Part shown: positions 25,789 through 34,682 of the stretch, piece by piece
Numbering within the stretch: position 1 is the stretch's first letter
Layout: the number at the start of each line of letters is the position of its first letter
NCBI GenBank assembly: GCA_022841445.1
Contig: JALHRM010000001.1
Location: forward strand, 387,777-451,776
DNA length: 64,000 nucleotides
Direction: 5' to 3'
Source: Candidatus Saccharimonadota bacterium
GTDB taxonomy: Bacteria > Patescibacteriota > Saccharimonadia > Saccharimonadales > UBA10212
Position numbers and translations under genes: made by a program
The notes under the pieces: generated by a model
Seen by the model: only the letters and a program-made list of their open reading frames with translations
What the model was told of the DNA's origin: nothing
The model's database searches: none

Positions 25789-26275
25789 CGACGAATTTAA
25801 GAACCGGGTCTATGAGCTAGTTGGCAGTATTCCGGAGGGGAGACTGGCTACATACGGGCAAATTGCCGCTTTAGCCGGTGCGCCGTGGGCAGCTTGGGAG
25901 GTAGGCCAAATTGCTCATTTCGGCCCCCGCTATGTCCACACCACTTCTGACTGCTTGCAAGACGAGCTTGTAACTCCTCCGAAGTTTTCGGCACCTCGCG
26001 GTGTTGCAGGCTCCAGTACTCATTCATCGTACCCAATGTACGACTCTCTCCGTGCTTCGCCTGCGCCTAGCGACGCACTCGAATGTGAACGCTGCGGTGG
26101 TTCACCAATGCCGTGGCAAAGAGTCGTCAACAAACAGGGTGGTCTCGCTCGTGGCTATAGTTTCGGTGGGCTTGATGGTCACAAGCGTGACCTTGAAAAA
26201 GAAGGTGTAAAAGTGAGCGATGATTACGTTGTCGATATAAAGGCTTTGTTGTGGCAACCCGAGATATCCCGCTAA
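25775..26275 (+). CDS. MGMT/Atl-family DNA-binding protein with an internal insertion of about 60 aa
   Basis: FKNRVYELVGSIPEGRLATYGQIAALAG and PWQRVVNKQGG are the conserved halves. ATG 25775 is preferred to the ORF-track start at 25631. Confidence 0.55.
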   Translation: MSRVDDEFKNRVYELVGSIPEGRLATYGQIAALAGAPWAAWEVGQIAHFGPRYVHTTSDCLQDELVTPPKFSAPRGVAGSSTHSSYPMYDSLRASPAPSDALECERCGGSPMPWQRVVNKQGGLARGYSFGGLDGHKRDLEKEGVKVSDDYVVDIKALLWQPEISR

Positions 26276-27138
26276 TAGTCATTATCGGTCCTACTGCCAG
26301 CGGTAAATCATCGATTGGTATGCAGATCGCCAAGACTTATGGTGGTGAGATAGTCTGCGCTGATTCGCGGACTGTATACAAAGATCTCAACATCGCTACT
26401 GCCAAACCGAGTCCAGCCGACCAAGCAGTGGTGCCACATCATGGGCTTGATATCGTTACTCTGGGTGAACGCTTCACGGCTTTTGATTACAAGCAATACG
26501 CGGAGCAAGTTATAGACGATATCAAATCAAGAGGCAAAATACCGATACTTGTCGGTGGTACCGGACTCTATATTGAATCGGTACTACTGGACTACACATT
26601 CAGACCTCAGTTTGAACCTGAACACAGAGCTAGACTTGAGCAGATGGCTACTGAGCGGTTACAAAATATGATAGCCGAACAAGGCTACGCTATGCCTAAA
26701 AATAGCACTAATCGTCGCCACCTCATTCGCACGCTTGAAACTAAAGGCTCATTCGGAAATAAACAATCCGAACCTCGCTCAGACGCCAAGGTGTTCGGCA
26801 TACGCCCGGAGCGGGAAAAGTTCGAAGAATCGATTTGGCGACGTGTCGACGAGATGTTCGAGCAGGGCTTGCTAAATGAAACCAAGCAGCTCTTAAGCGC
26901 GTATGATGAACAGCTTTTATCGAATGATGTGATTGGGTACAAACCATGCATTGAGTACATATCGGGGGCGATTAACATGAATGAAGCCAAAGCAGAACTG
27001 GTAAAATCCCATCTCTCTTATGCTAAACGGCAACTAACGTTGTTTAAAAGGCTACAATTTATACAGTGGTCAGAGTCATCAGAAAAATGTATAGGCGTGA
27101 TTAGTGATTTGCTTGGTAAAAGAAACCAAACGACCTGA
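26251..27138 (+). CDS. miaA: tRNA dimethylallyltransferase
   Basis: IIGPTASGKSSIGMQIAKTYGGEIVCADSRTVYKDLNIATAKPS and ILVGGTGLY are present. Confidence 0.85.
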   Translation: MATRDIPLIVIIGPTASGKSSIGMQIAKTYGGEIVCADSRTVYKDLNIATAKPSPADQAVVPHHGLDIVTLGERFTAFDYKQYAEQVIDDIKSRGKIPILVGGTGLYIESVLLDYTFRPQFEPEHRARLEQMATERLQNMIAEQGYAMPKNSTNRRHLIRTLETKGSFGNKQSEPRSDAKVFGIRPEREKFEESIWRRVDEMFEQGLLNETKQLLSAYDEQLLSNDVIGYKPCIEYISGAINMNEAKAELVKSHLSYAKRQLTLFKRLQFIQWSESSEKCIGVISDLLGKRNQTT

Positions 27139-27183
27139 CACACATCTGTTACAATATATGAAAGGGAGTGAACAAATACTGAT

Positions 27184-27807
27184 ATGATCGAGCAACTATT
27201 TGGGTCTAAAACTCGCGTGAAGCTCTTGCAAATGTTTTACAGTAATCCGAATCGCGCATTCTATGTGCGCGAAATAACCCGTAAGATTGATGAACAAATC
27301 AATTCCGTGCGTCGGGAACTAGCAAACCTCCTCAGTATCGGCATTATCGGCTCTGATACGAACAATAACCGCCTGTATTATGAAGTCGATCAATCATATG
27401 AATATTACCGTCCTTTGGCCGAGATATTTGGCAAGCAAAAGCCAAAATCCGCTAAGGTATCGGTACCGGGACCGATACATCCATCTACCGCTTCTGGCAG
27501 TGACGATGATATCACCAAAGCACTTCGCGCTGTTGGTAAAGTTGAACTGGCAATTTTGACCGGTCAATTTACCCGTGACGAAAGTTCAGGGGTTGATCTG
27601 CTTATCGTCGGCGACATCAACGCTACACAGCTGGCGAATACAATTAACGAGCTTGAAACCAAAGAACACAAGGTTATAAACTATGCCGTGATGGATAGCG
27701 ACCAATATGCCTATCGCCTTCAGGTGAAAGACCGGTTTATAATGACAGTACTTGAAGCAAAAAAGCAGGTGCTTATCGCAACTGATAAGTTTAATCCGGA
27801 AACATAA
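27184..27807 (+). CDS. winged-helix (ArsR-like) transcriptional regulator
   Basis: LFGSKTRVKLLQMFYSNPNRAFYVREITRKIDEQINSVRRELANLLSIGII. Confidence 0.5.
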   Translation: MIEQLFGSKTRVKLLQMFYSNPNRAFYVREITRKIDEQINSVRRELANLLSIGIIGSDTNNNRLYYEVDQSYEYYRPLAEIFGKQKPKSAKVSVPGPIHPSTASGSDDDITKALRAVGKVELAILTGQFTRDESSGVDLLIVGDINATQLANTINELETKEHKVINYAVMDSDQYAYRLQVKDRFIMTVLEAKKQVLIATDKFNPET

Positions 27808-27831
27808 CGTGTAGAAACGAGGGTACGCAGA

Positions 27832-28455
27832 GTGGAACTACAATTTTTTGGCGCGAACTGTATAAAAATCATAACCAAGAAGCAAAATGTCGTTGTTGAC
27901 GATAATCTGGCTGAGCTGGGCGGTTCAAAAATCACTAAATCACAAGACATATTACTATCCACTGATACTACTATGCCAATGCTTGATTCGGCCTTCCAAG
28001 TGGTAATGCCAGGGGAGTACGAGATTGGTGGAGTAAGCATCCATGGTGTTTCTGTTAGCGGATATGGCGGGGAAGCAGATAATAAGGATAGTGTGCTTTA
28101 CACCGTTGCTTATCAAGACACGACTGTAGCTGTTGCTGGGCATATGAAGCCGGATCTGACTGATGACCAATTGGAAAGTCTTGGTTTGGTAGATATCTTG
28201 GTATTGCCAATCGGTAACGGTGGCCACACCCTTGACGGCACCCAGGCACTAAAGCTCATAAAGAAGATAGAACCTAAAGTGATAATCCCGACCTCGTACG
28301 CCGAAAAAGGTCTAAAACTGCCAGAAGACACCATGTCACTTGATGATGTAATTGCAGGCCTTGGCATGGAGCCACTAGCCAGAGTAGACAAATTCCGCCT
28401 AAAAGACCACGACGTTACCGGCTCGACCAAACTGATCATCCTCGAGAAATCCTAA
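27832..28455 (+). CDS. beta-lactamase-fold (UPF0173-like) protein; HxHxDH motif not evident
   Basis: The layout MELQFFGANCIKI...VVVDD...ILLSTDTT...VLPIGNGGHTLD resembles MBL-fold proteins, but the metal ligands look degenerate. Confidence 0.4.
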   Translation: MELQFFGANCIKIITKKQNVVVDDNLAELGGSKITKSQDILLSTDTTMPMLDSAFQVVMPGEYEIGGVSIHGVSVSGYGGEADNKDSVLYTVAYQDTTVAVAGHMKPDLTDDQLESLGLVDILVLPIGNGGHTLDGTQALKLIKKIEPKVIIPTSYAEKGLKLPEDTMSLDDVIAGLGMEPLARVDKFRLKDHDVTGSTKLIILEKS

Positions 28456-28676
28456 ATTTTCATAATTACTTTGGGTCGCCAAAGTAATACAAAACTCCTG
28501 GGCGATTGAGTTCGAACTGATGCATATGTAAGTAAAAAAGTAGCTTGCCTGCAGAACTCCTTCAAAGACTTGCCACTGGCAACTCTTTTCAGTCAAACAG
28601 GCTTCGGCAACCAAGTACCCTACTTTTTATACTACATCTGCTCAGTCGATCTCAAAATGCCCAAAACCTCGTTTAT

Positions 28677-29255
28677 CTATTCTTCATCTTGGAACTCCGT
28701 CTCAAGTTCGTATACAAAATATAAAAGCGATTCGATAAACTTTATTACCTTTTTTGAGTCAGCTGGATTACCAAGCTTAATTTCATGATTTTTTTCATTG
28801 CCTAAGCTCCTCATGTACTCTAAAAGCTTATCTGCCTTAGGGGGTATGTGATGGTTATCGGCAAGAAAGTTCACATATTCTTTGAAACTTAAATCTTCTT
28901 CTGCGCCTGATTCAACCGCTACGTGCATAATGAGTTTACGTCCAAGTAGTGCCGTAGCTGTATGATTACCGTTCTTTGCCGTATCTCGTATTTCTAAATA
29001 AATTCCATGAATATCTTCGCTCAAACCTTCTATGTCCCGACCTATCATTGGTCCAGGTGATTGTACGTCACTATGAAAAAATGTAGGCAAACCACAGTTT
29101 GGACAAAGAATAATTTGTCCTCCATGACTGTGGGTGTATCCGTAATGTCCACCAACACTTTTCCCACAGTATCCACAAGTAAATTCTACTGGCCTTAACG
29201 TTCCAGCACTGTTCCACTGATTCCAGCTAAGTCTTAAATTCATAAACAACTCCAT
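28677..29255 (-). CDS. zinc-ribbon plus DUF4145-like protein
   Basis: CGYCGKSVGG...LCPNCGLPTFF is the zinc ribbon. The helical C-terminus ends in LGNEKNHE, which is typical of DUF4145. The gene lies in an AT-rich patch. Confidence 0.5.
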   Translation of the reverse strand: MELFMNLRLSWNQWNSAGTLRPVEFTCGYCGKSVGGHYGYTHSHGGQIILCPNCGLPTFFHSDVQSPGPMIGRDIEGLSEDIHGIYLEIRDTAKNGNHTATALLGRKLIMHVAVESGAEEDLSFKEYVNFLADNHHIPPKADKLLEYMRSLGNEKNHEIKLGNPADSKKVIKFIESLLYFVYELETEFQDEE

Positions 29256-29433
29256 CTTTATTTAATAAAAAAACCAACCTGTATTTGGCTGGTTAGTAGA
29301 CTTGAGTTATCATTTTCCTCCTTACTACGGTTCTCGAGAGGTGACAGAAATACCGTAATGCTTTAACTATGTTTGAATTCTAGCACCGGCTATTTGTAAA
29401 ATCAAGTTTTTATGTTAAAGCATAAGCGCTTTA

Positions 29434-29577
29434 GGGTCCGGGCATAGAGCTTATTTCCTGAGAGACTACATCAAGCAAACAACAATACAGGCGAGGACTG
29501 TTTGAGCGAAGCGAGTTCCGCAAGCCTGTTGTTTGCTTTGACTAGTTGTCTCATCAAGAATTAAGCTGCCCGGTGGG
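29434..29577. other. 144-nt long imperfect hairpin (candidate structured RNA or MITE-like element)
   Basis: The left arm GGGTCCGGGCA..GAGAC..TCAAGCAAACAACAATACAGGC pairs with the right arm GCCTGTTGTTTGCTTTGA..GTCTC..TGCCCGGTGGG. Confidence 0.5.
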
Positions 29578-29637
29578 TTTTGACTACTTTTGACCAGACA
29601 AAAGTAGGTATATTAAATTCTTAATAAGTAGAAATAA

Positions 29638-29877
29638 CTAGGCTTTTGGGGCGGCTGCAGTCTCAGCAGCTTTGGTGGGCACGGCGGTATCAATAAGACC
29701 CTTTTTCTTGAGAGTGCGTAGTGCTTGGGTGCTGATCTTCATACGGACTTTTTTACCGTCAATTATCAGAGTTTTGTTCTGTAGGTTCGGCTTCCAGACT
29801 TTCTGGGTACGGCGTTGAGAGAAGCTCACATTGTGGCCGTATTGTTTGCCTTTACCGGTTAGTTCACATCGTTGCAT
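29638..29877 (-). CDS. rpmB: 50S ribosomal protein L28
   Basis: MQRCELTGKGKQYGHNVSFSQRRTQKVWKPNLQ. Confidence 0.9.
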   Translation of the reverse strand: MQRCELTGKGKQYGHNVSFSQRRTQKVWKPNLQNKTLIIDGKKVRMKISTQALRTLKKKGLIDTAVPTKAAETAAAPKA

Positions 29878-29918
29878 AGAGTCTTATTCTATCCGTTTAA
29901 CAGATGAAAGTCAAGTAT

Positions 29919-30082
29919 ACAGCACTCCTAGAATAAACTGACGTTTTTATAAGCGCCTAAGTGGCTGAAAAGCTTCTTTTCCTCGTTCTGCGTATCGGCA
30001 GGATATGCTTCGCTCAGAAAACAACTTTTATATCTCACTTATCCATCATCTAAAATTCGTCATCCTATTGTAGGAGTGCTGT
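29919..30082. repeat. 164-nt element bounded by 12-bp perfect inverted repeats
   Basis: ACAGCACTCCTA (29919-29930) is the inverse of TAGGAGTGCTGT (30071-30082). The pairing extends through AATA/TATT and GACG/CGTC. Confidence 0.5.
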
Positions 30083-30122
30083 GCTAGATGAGTGCGTTCG
30101 TGTCGGTTATACTGTATAGCTG

Positions 30123-30752
30123 ATGGACGGCAATATTCTTATGACTCTGGCGATTGTGATACCGGTTTTACTGGTATCAATGTCGATTCATGAAACAATG
30201 CACGGACTGGCCGCCTTGTGGCTTGGTGACGAAACCGCCAAAGACGAAGGTCGAATTTCCATAAACCCGATAAAGCATATAGACCCTTTCTTGACGATTG
30301 CTTTGCCCGCGCTACTCGCGGTAATTGGCGCGCCTATATTCGGTGCGGCTAAGCCGGTGAATATAGATATGAGAAGCGTCAGATGGGGCGAATTTGGCGG
30401 TGCGATTATTGGTATTATCGGCCCGATATCAAACCTGGTCATCGCTATTATCGCCGCTATGTTGCTGAGAAACTTTGAAGTATTCCAATCAGGAATATTG
30501 CTCGAAATTCTACGTTTCACGTTGCTTATAAACGTTGGATTCTTTATCTTTAACTCTATTCCGTTTCCACCCCTAGATGGCTCTAGACTGTTATATGCTT
30601 TTGCTCCAGAGCCAGTGCAGCGGTTTATGGATTCGATTGAACAGTTCGGGCTAGTCGGATTCTTTATCTTTATGTTGTTATTCTTCCAGTTCTTAAGTCC
30701 TATCATTGGTAGGCTATCGAGCATGCTGACCGCCGGTTTGCTTGGAATTTAG
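30123..30752 (+). CDS. site-2 protease (M50) family membrane metalloprotease
   Basis: HExxH occurs in SIHETMHGLAA. The second motif is FNSIPFPPLDGSRLL. The protein is polytopic. Confidence 0.8.
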   Translation: MDGNILMTLAIVIPVLLVSMSIHETMHGLAALWLGDETAKDEGRISINPIKHIDPFLTIALPALLAVIGAPIFGAAKPVNIDMRSVRWGEFGGAIIGIIGPISNLVIAIIAAMLLRNFEVFQSGILLEILRFTLLINVGFFIFNSIPFPPLDGSRLLYAFAPEPVQRFMDSIEQFGLVGFFIFMLLFFQFLSPIIGRLSSMLTAGLLGI

Positions 30753-30948
30753 CAATCAAAGCAGGGTGTATACTTAAAGTGCCTGGTCGGCACATTTAAT
30801 TTTCTGAACAATCGTTTACGATGGGGAGTCCAAAATGCGGCATGGTCCGTGGACCATTCGTGCGGACACCCACTTTGCTTTCGCAGAGAAATTGGATGTG
30901 TCGTCGGGCATTTTGTTTTAGCACAACGCTCTAAGTTAAAATATCTTA

Positions 30949-31485
30949 ATGGCAATATATTTTGTAAGACATGGTGAAAGCCAAGCTAACCTTGACGAAG
31001 TTTTTGCTGGTAGTGGTGATGATTCTCCGCTTACAGAACTGGGTAGACAGCAAGCTAAATCCGCAGCAGCAGATTTAGAAGGAGTAAAAGTTGATAGAAT
31101 TATTTCGTCTCCTCTTAGCAGGGCAAAAGATACCGCCGGTATCATTGCTCGAGAAATAAGGTATTTAAGTGATATAAAAGTTGATGATCGGATTAGAGAA
31201 TACAACCTTGGAGAACTCGCTGGTAGGTCTGTATACCCAAAGAGAACTTCAGAGGAACTTGTTTCCGCACAAGGCGCGGAGGATCCAAAATTATTCTTGG
31301 AACGTATACGGAGCTTCTTGTTAGATTACAAAAATGCTAAAGGTAATATATTGATGGTGTGTCATGCAGGAATCGGTAGAATGATTGAGGCGGATCGCAT
31401 AGGACTTGACCCCTCATCTTTCTATGAGCAAGATGCGCCGCCAAATGCTCATGTAATCAAGCTCGATTTGGGCTGGCTCAACTGA
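30949..31485 (+). CDS. histidine phosphatase (phosphoglycerate-mutase-like) family protein
   Basis: The RHG motif is IYFVRHGESQANL. VCHAGIGR is also present. TAAAAT lies 6 nt upstream of the ATG. Confidence 0.75.
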   Translation: MAIYFVRHGESQANLDEVFAGSGDDSPLTELGRQQAKSAAADLEGVKVDRIISSPLSRAKDTAGIIAREIRYLSDIKVDDRIREYNLGELAGRSVYPKRTSEELVSAQGAEDPKLFLERIRSFLLDYKNAKGNILMVCHAGIGRMIEADRIGLDPSSFYEQDAPPNAHVIKLDLGWLN

Positions 31486-31526
31486 TATTTGCTTAGCCAA
31501 TAATGCTATACTTACATCTGTTGATC

Positions 31527-31543
31527 GGGGTGTAGCGCAGCCA
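31527..31543 (+). pseudogene. 17-nt tRNA-Pro-like 5' fragment
   Basis: CGGGGTGTAGCGCAGCC is a typical tRNA-Pro 5' end. Unrelated sequence follows it. Confidence 0.45.
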
Positions 31544-31691
31544 AAGCTTTAGCTTTTCGAACGCGTTTAATCGAAATTAACTCATTAAGTTTCGGCTATA
31601 ATGGAGGCAGCTTAGGAAAAGAGCAGCCCGAGCAAAAATCACATTTTTTGCTCGGCGCGATGAGAAAAACCTGGGTTTTTCTCATTTTCAC

Positions 31692-31767
31692 CAGGGTGTA
31701 GCTTAGTTGGTAAAGCGCGCGGCTGGGGGTCGCGAGACCGGAGGTTCAAGTCCTCTCACCCTGACCA
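31692..31767 (+). tRNA. tRNA-Pro(GGG)
   Basis: CAGGGTGTAGCTTAGTTGGTAAAGCGCGCGGCTGGGGGTCGCGAGACCGGAGGTTCAAGTCCTCTCACCCTGACCA. The anticodon loop is CTGGGGG. Confidence 0.85.
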
Positions 31768-31768
31768 T

Positions 31769-32644
31769 TTAAGATTTTATAAGTAGGCCAGCAATAAGTG
31801 CCATTACCGCGGCAGCCAGTTTCTTAGGAATCTGTTGACGCTCTTTTAGGAAAATGATTCCCAATACAACCGACAGCACGACTTGGGCTGTTAGTAGTAC
31901 GACCACCACTCCTGGGTCAGGAGCTTCTTTATATGCAAAGTACGAAAATAGGAAATACATGAAGCTTGTGATTGCTGAAAGCAGAGTGATTCTAGTAAAG
32001 GAAAGTACGTTCCCAGACACTTTTTGCACATCTTTTTTTAGATTAGGGTAGTATACCGTTGCAACAACGATAGCAGATCCGGCATACGCGAACAGTAGAT
32101 ATGACGCGGCGGTGAGTGAGGTAGCGAGTTTAGCGCTAGTTACTTGGAAAATTGCGAACATTAGAGCTGAAGCAAGTATAAGTGCAACACCACGGTTTAT
32201 CCTGCCGACACCTTTTTTGTGCTGTACAAGGACTATTGCGGCAAAAAGGAGAACTATGCCAACGAGTTGAATTACGGCGAAGGTGCTATTTAGAAAAATA
32301 ACTGAAAGAATTGCTCCCCAAATCAGGACTGATGAATAAACTATCTGAGTAATGCTTGCTTCTAGTGTCGCTAATCCCTTAAAGAAAAGAACATTGCCGA
32401 AACCCTGTGATGCAGCCATTACCGCAATAGTCATCCAATTATCACTCACGCCGCTGATTGATAGGTTGCCCAGCAAAGGGCTAAAGATCACCGCAAAGAC
32501 AGAAGCAACGCTTGCAAGAAACACAGCTTGAGAAGGCGCAGAAAGCGGGAGTGAGTTACTCATTAGCTTAACGGCAATACTGTAAATAGCTCGAGATGTA
32601 AGCGCGATGATCGTCAAAAGTAACCAGGCCATATCTTTATTCAT
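31769..32644 (-). CDS. DMT-superfamily (EamA-like) transporter
   Basis: It has ten hydrophobic helices in two halves, 291 aa in total. Confidence 0.65.
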   Translation of the reverse strand: MNKDMAWLLLTIIALTSRAIYSIAVKLMSNSLPLSAPSQAVFLASVASVFAVIFSPLLGNLSISGVSDNWMTIAVMAASQGFGNVLFFKGLATLEASITQIVYSSVLIWGAILSVIFLNSTFAVIQLVGIVLLFAAIVLVQHKKGVGRINRGVALILASALMFAIFQVTSAKLATSLTAASYLLFAYAGSAIVVATVYYPNLKKDVQKVSGNVLSFTRITLLSAITSFMYFLFSYFAYKEAPDPGVVVVLLTAQVVLSVVLGIIFLKERQQIPKKLAAAVMALIAGLLIKS

Positions 32645-32658
32645 GGTAGGCTAGATCT

Positions 32659-33543
32659 ATGAATATACCTACCAAAAAACTAAAAAACGGGTTTGAGCTG
32701 CCAGTCTATGGGCTTGGTTTATGGGAAATGGGTGGGCGTTGGGAGGCCGATAATTCCCAAGACAAGAGAGAAGTTATTGCCATAAGAGCCGCCATCGACG
32801 CCGGTGTTACGCACCTCGATACAGCTGAAAGTTATGGGAAGGGTCACGCTGAGGAACTGCTAGCCCGCGCTATCGAAGGCTATGATCGGTCTAAACTGGT
32901 GATTGCAACCAAAGTATCTGCCTGGAACCAGACCTATGATGGCCTCCGCCGTTCTTTTGATGCAAGTTTGAAGCGACTCAAAACGGAGTATGTTGATCTG
33001 TATTTGCTTCATCGTTACCCGGAATCTGGCATACCAATAAAAGAAACGATGCGAGCTATGGATGAGCTTGTAGAGCAAGGAGTTGTGAAGAACATCGGTG
33101 TTTGCAATATGTCTGTTAGTCGGTTTGTTGAAACCCAAAAACATACAGCCAAAAAACTTGTCTGTAATCAACTGCATTACAACGTAAAGTACCGGGAAGT
33201 TGAGCACATGGGGGTTTTAAAATTTTGCCAAGATAATGACGTCTTGCTCTGTGCCTGGCGCCCGTTACAAAAAGGGGCGCTTTCTGACACAAGCATTTTA
33301 GTGGAACTTGCGAAAAAATATGGTAAAACACCGAATCAGGTTGCGATTAACTGGCTAATCTCCCAACCCAGCGTCGTGACTATTCCAAAAACCAGTAACC
33401 TTGATCATTTACAGGAAAACTTAGGTGCTGTCGGTTGGTCAATGGACGCGGCCGATATTGAGCTAATCCGCAGGGAATTCCCGGACCAACAACCAGTATC
33501 AGACGCCGTGCCGCTTGATTATGAGGCTGATATCGAGCCTTAA
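32659..33543 (+). CDS. aldo/keto reductase
   Basis: GLGLWEMGG, HLDTAESYG, VDLYLLHR and the C-terminal IPKTSNLDHLQEN are present. Confidence 0.85.
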   Translation: MNIPTKKLKNGFELPVYGLGLWEMGGRWEADNSQDKREVIAIRAAIDAGVTHLDTAESYGKGHAEELLARAIEGYDRSKLVIATKVSAWNQTYDGLRRSFDASLKRLKTEYVDLYLLHRYPESGIPIKETMRAMDELVEQGVVKNIGVCNMSVSRFVETQKHTAKKLVCNQLHYNVKYREVEHMGVLKFCQDNDVLLCAWRPLQKGALSDTSILVELAKKYGKTPNQVAINWLISQPSVVTIPKTSNLDHLQENLGAVGWSMDAADIELIRREFPDQQPVSDAVPLDYEADIEP

Positions 33544-33597
33544 TTTATGGATAATTAGATGTCTGGGTGGATCATCCAACTATCAAGCTGGATGACT

Positions 33598-34641
33598 TTA
33601 TACCTGTGCAAACAATGGTAATGCAGGCTGCCGCTTGGCAATGGACGTCGGGTGCCCACTCATGCCTAGCTCTTCTTTGATATCAATAATTGCTCGAACG
33701 GCTGTAACTTTGAGTTCGCTTTGTGGTGATTGCTTCATATGCTCAGCATAACGGTGGATGCCAATTACCTCGGAGTCGAGCTCGTTTGGTGGCGTGAGGA
33801 TGGTTTCGAGAGTTACATCATCATAACCGGGCAATCCATTCGCTTCCGTATATTCTCTAAACCTATTTTCAAAACTCCTATATAACTCTGCGAGCGGATT
33901 ATCTTGTGCCAAAGATGCTCTTGTAAGGAAGTAAAGAGCCTCCAGTGCGACGGCGAGTTGCTGGGGGTTGCGGTAACGTAACGTCCTAAATTCTACTCTG
34001 TGATTGCCGCCGAGCCAGGTTTTTTCTTCCTCGGTAAGTCCAGCATCTTGAACATAGACTCCGCCAAAACCTTTTTGCGCCCATGATCTTTCCGGGAGCA
34101 CGCGATGTGTACGGCTATGTGGGTCACAGGCAGCCATGAGCCGACCAACTGTTGTGCCGCCAAGCTGTTCAGCTACACGGAGTATTCGTAAAAAGTTCGG
34201 TATTTTTTCGTCAGGATTTTCCAACTCGTTTCTGCCAAAGCCGATGCTAATGTGACTAGTAACGACACTTTTTGCTCTGCGGGGTAGGATTCCAGCCCGT
34301 ACAATACCAACGGTGGCTAAATAAAGTGATTTTGGGTGCCAGGCAACGGGCGATTGTATTTCATAATGACCATCATGTGCAGCAGTAAATCCTGTATCTG
34401 CAAACCTGTGCCTGTTTTTACTTACAATATGGTCAATAACTGGCTGGTCATCACATGGGCGAGAAAGACCAAGTGCCCGTGCTGTGCCTGTTTCAAAAAT
34501 TGCGTTTCCTAGTATCTCAGCCTCATAGCCAATCGTATAGTCAGGCGTGCCGGTATTGTCTAAACGCAGGCCAGCTTCTAGTTCTCGCGCTGCTAAGTAG
34601 CCGTTATGTTGAAGCATCTGCATAGAATCAGTAGCATGCAT
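33598..34641 (-). CDS. possible glutamine-synthetase-fold carboxylate-amine ligase (amidoligase/GCS2-like)
   Basis: IGYEAEILG, DGHYEIQSP and TSHISIGFG resemble the GxExE / EIxSP / HxHxG pattern of amidoligases. The promoter is leaderless-type. Confidence 0.3.
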   Translation of the reverse strand: MHATDSMQMLQHNGYLAARELEAGLRLDNTGTPDYTIGYEAEILGNAIFETGTARALGLSRPCDDQPVIDHIVSKNRHRFADTGFTAAHDGHYEIQSPVAWHPKSLYLATVGIVRAGILPRRAKSVVTSHISIGFGRNELENPDEKIPNFLRILRVAEQLGGTTVGRLMAACDPHSRTHRVLPERSWAQKGFGGVYVQDAGLTEEEKTWLGGNHRVEFRTLRYRNPQQLAVALEALYFLTRASLAQDNPLAELYRSFENRFREYTEANGLPGYDDVTLETILTPPNELDSEVIGIHRYAEHMKQSPQSELKVTAVRAIIDIKEELGMSGHPTSIAKRQPALPLFAQV

Positions 34642-34647
34642 ATAGTT

Positions 34648-34676
34648 ATTATATAATAATATTTGCTAATATGCAA
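34648..34676 (-). promoter_or_regulatory. promoter giving a leaderless mRNA for 33598-34641
   Basis: The minus strand reads TTGCAT (34676-34671), a 17-nt spacer, TATAAT (34653-34648), then 6 nt and ATG 34641. Confidence 0.55.
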
Positions 34677-34682
34677 TAATAT

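Noticed and set aside
29434-29577. The long hairpin considered as SRP (4.5S) RNA or tmRNA
   Set aside because: It lacks the conserved helix-8 GGAA tetraloop/AGCA motif of SRP RNA. It has no tRNA-like ends or tag ORF. It is kept only as an unclassified structured element.
30188-30724. Long antisense ORFs inside real genes: 30188-30724, 52644-53126, 6024-6464, 28113-28439, 59108-60091, 61111-61377, 61792-62151, 44101-44510 and 38202-38414
   Set aside because: Each is the mirror of a gene with clear family motifs. They arise from low stop-codon density on the opposite strand, especially in repeat or low-complexity genes.
32645-32658. A 14-bp gap between the divergent DMT transporter and aldo/keto reductase starts
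   Set aside because: It implies promoters embedded in the neighbouring coding regions or leaderless starts. The candidate -10 (TAGGCT) is too weak to support a claim.
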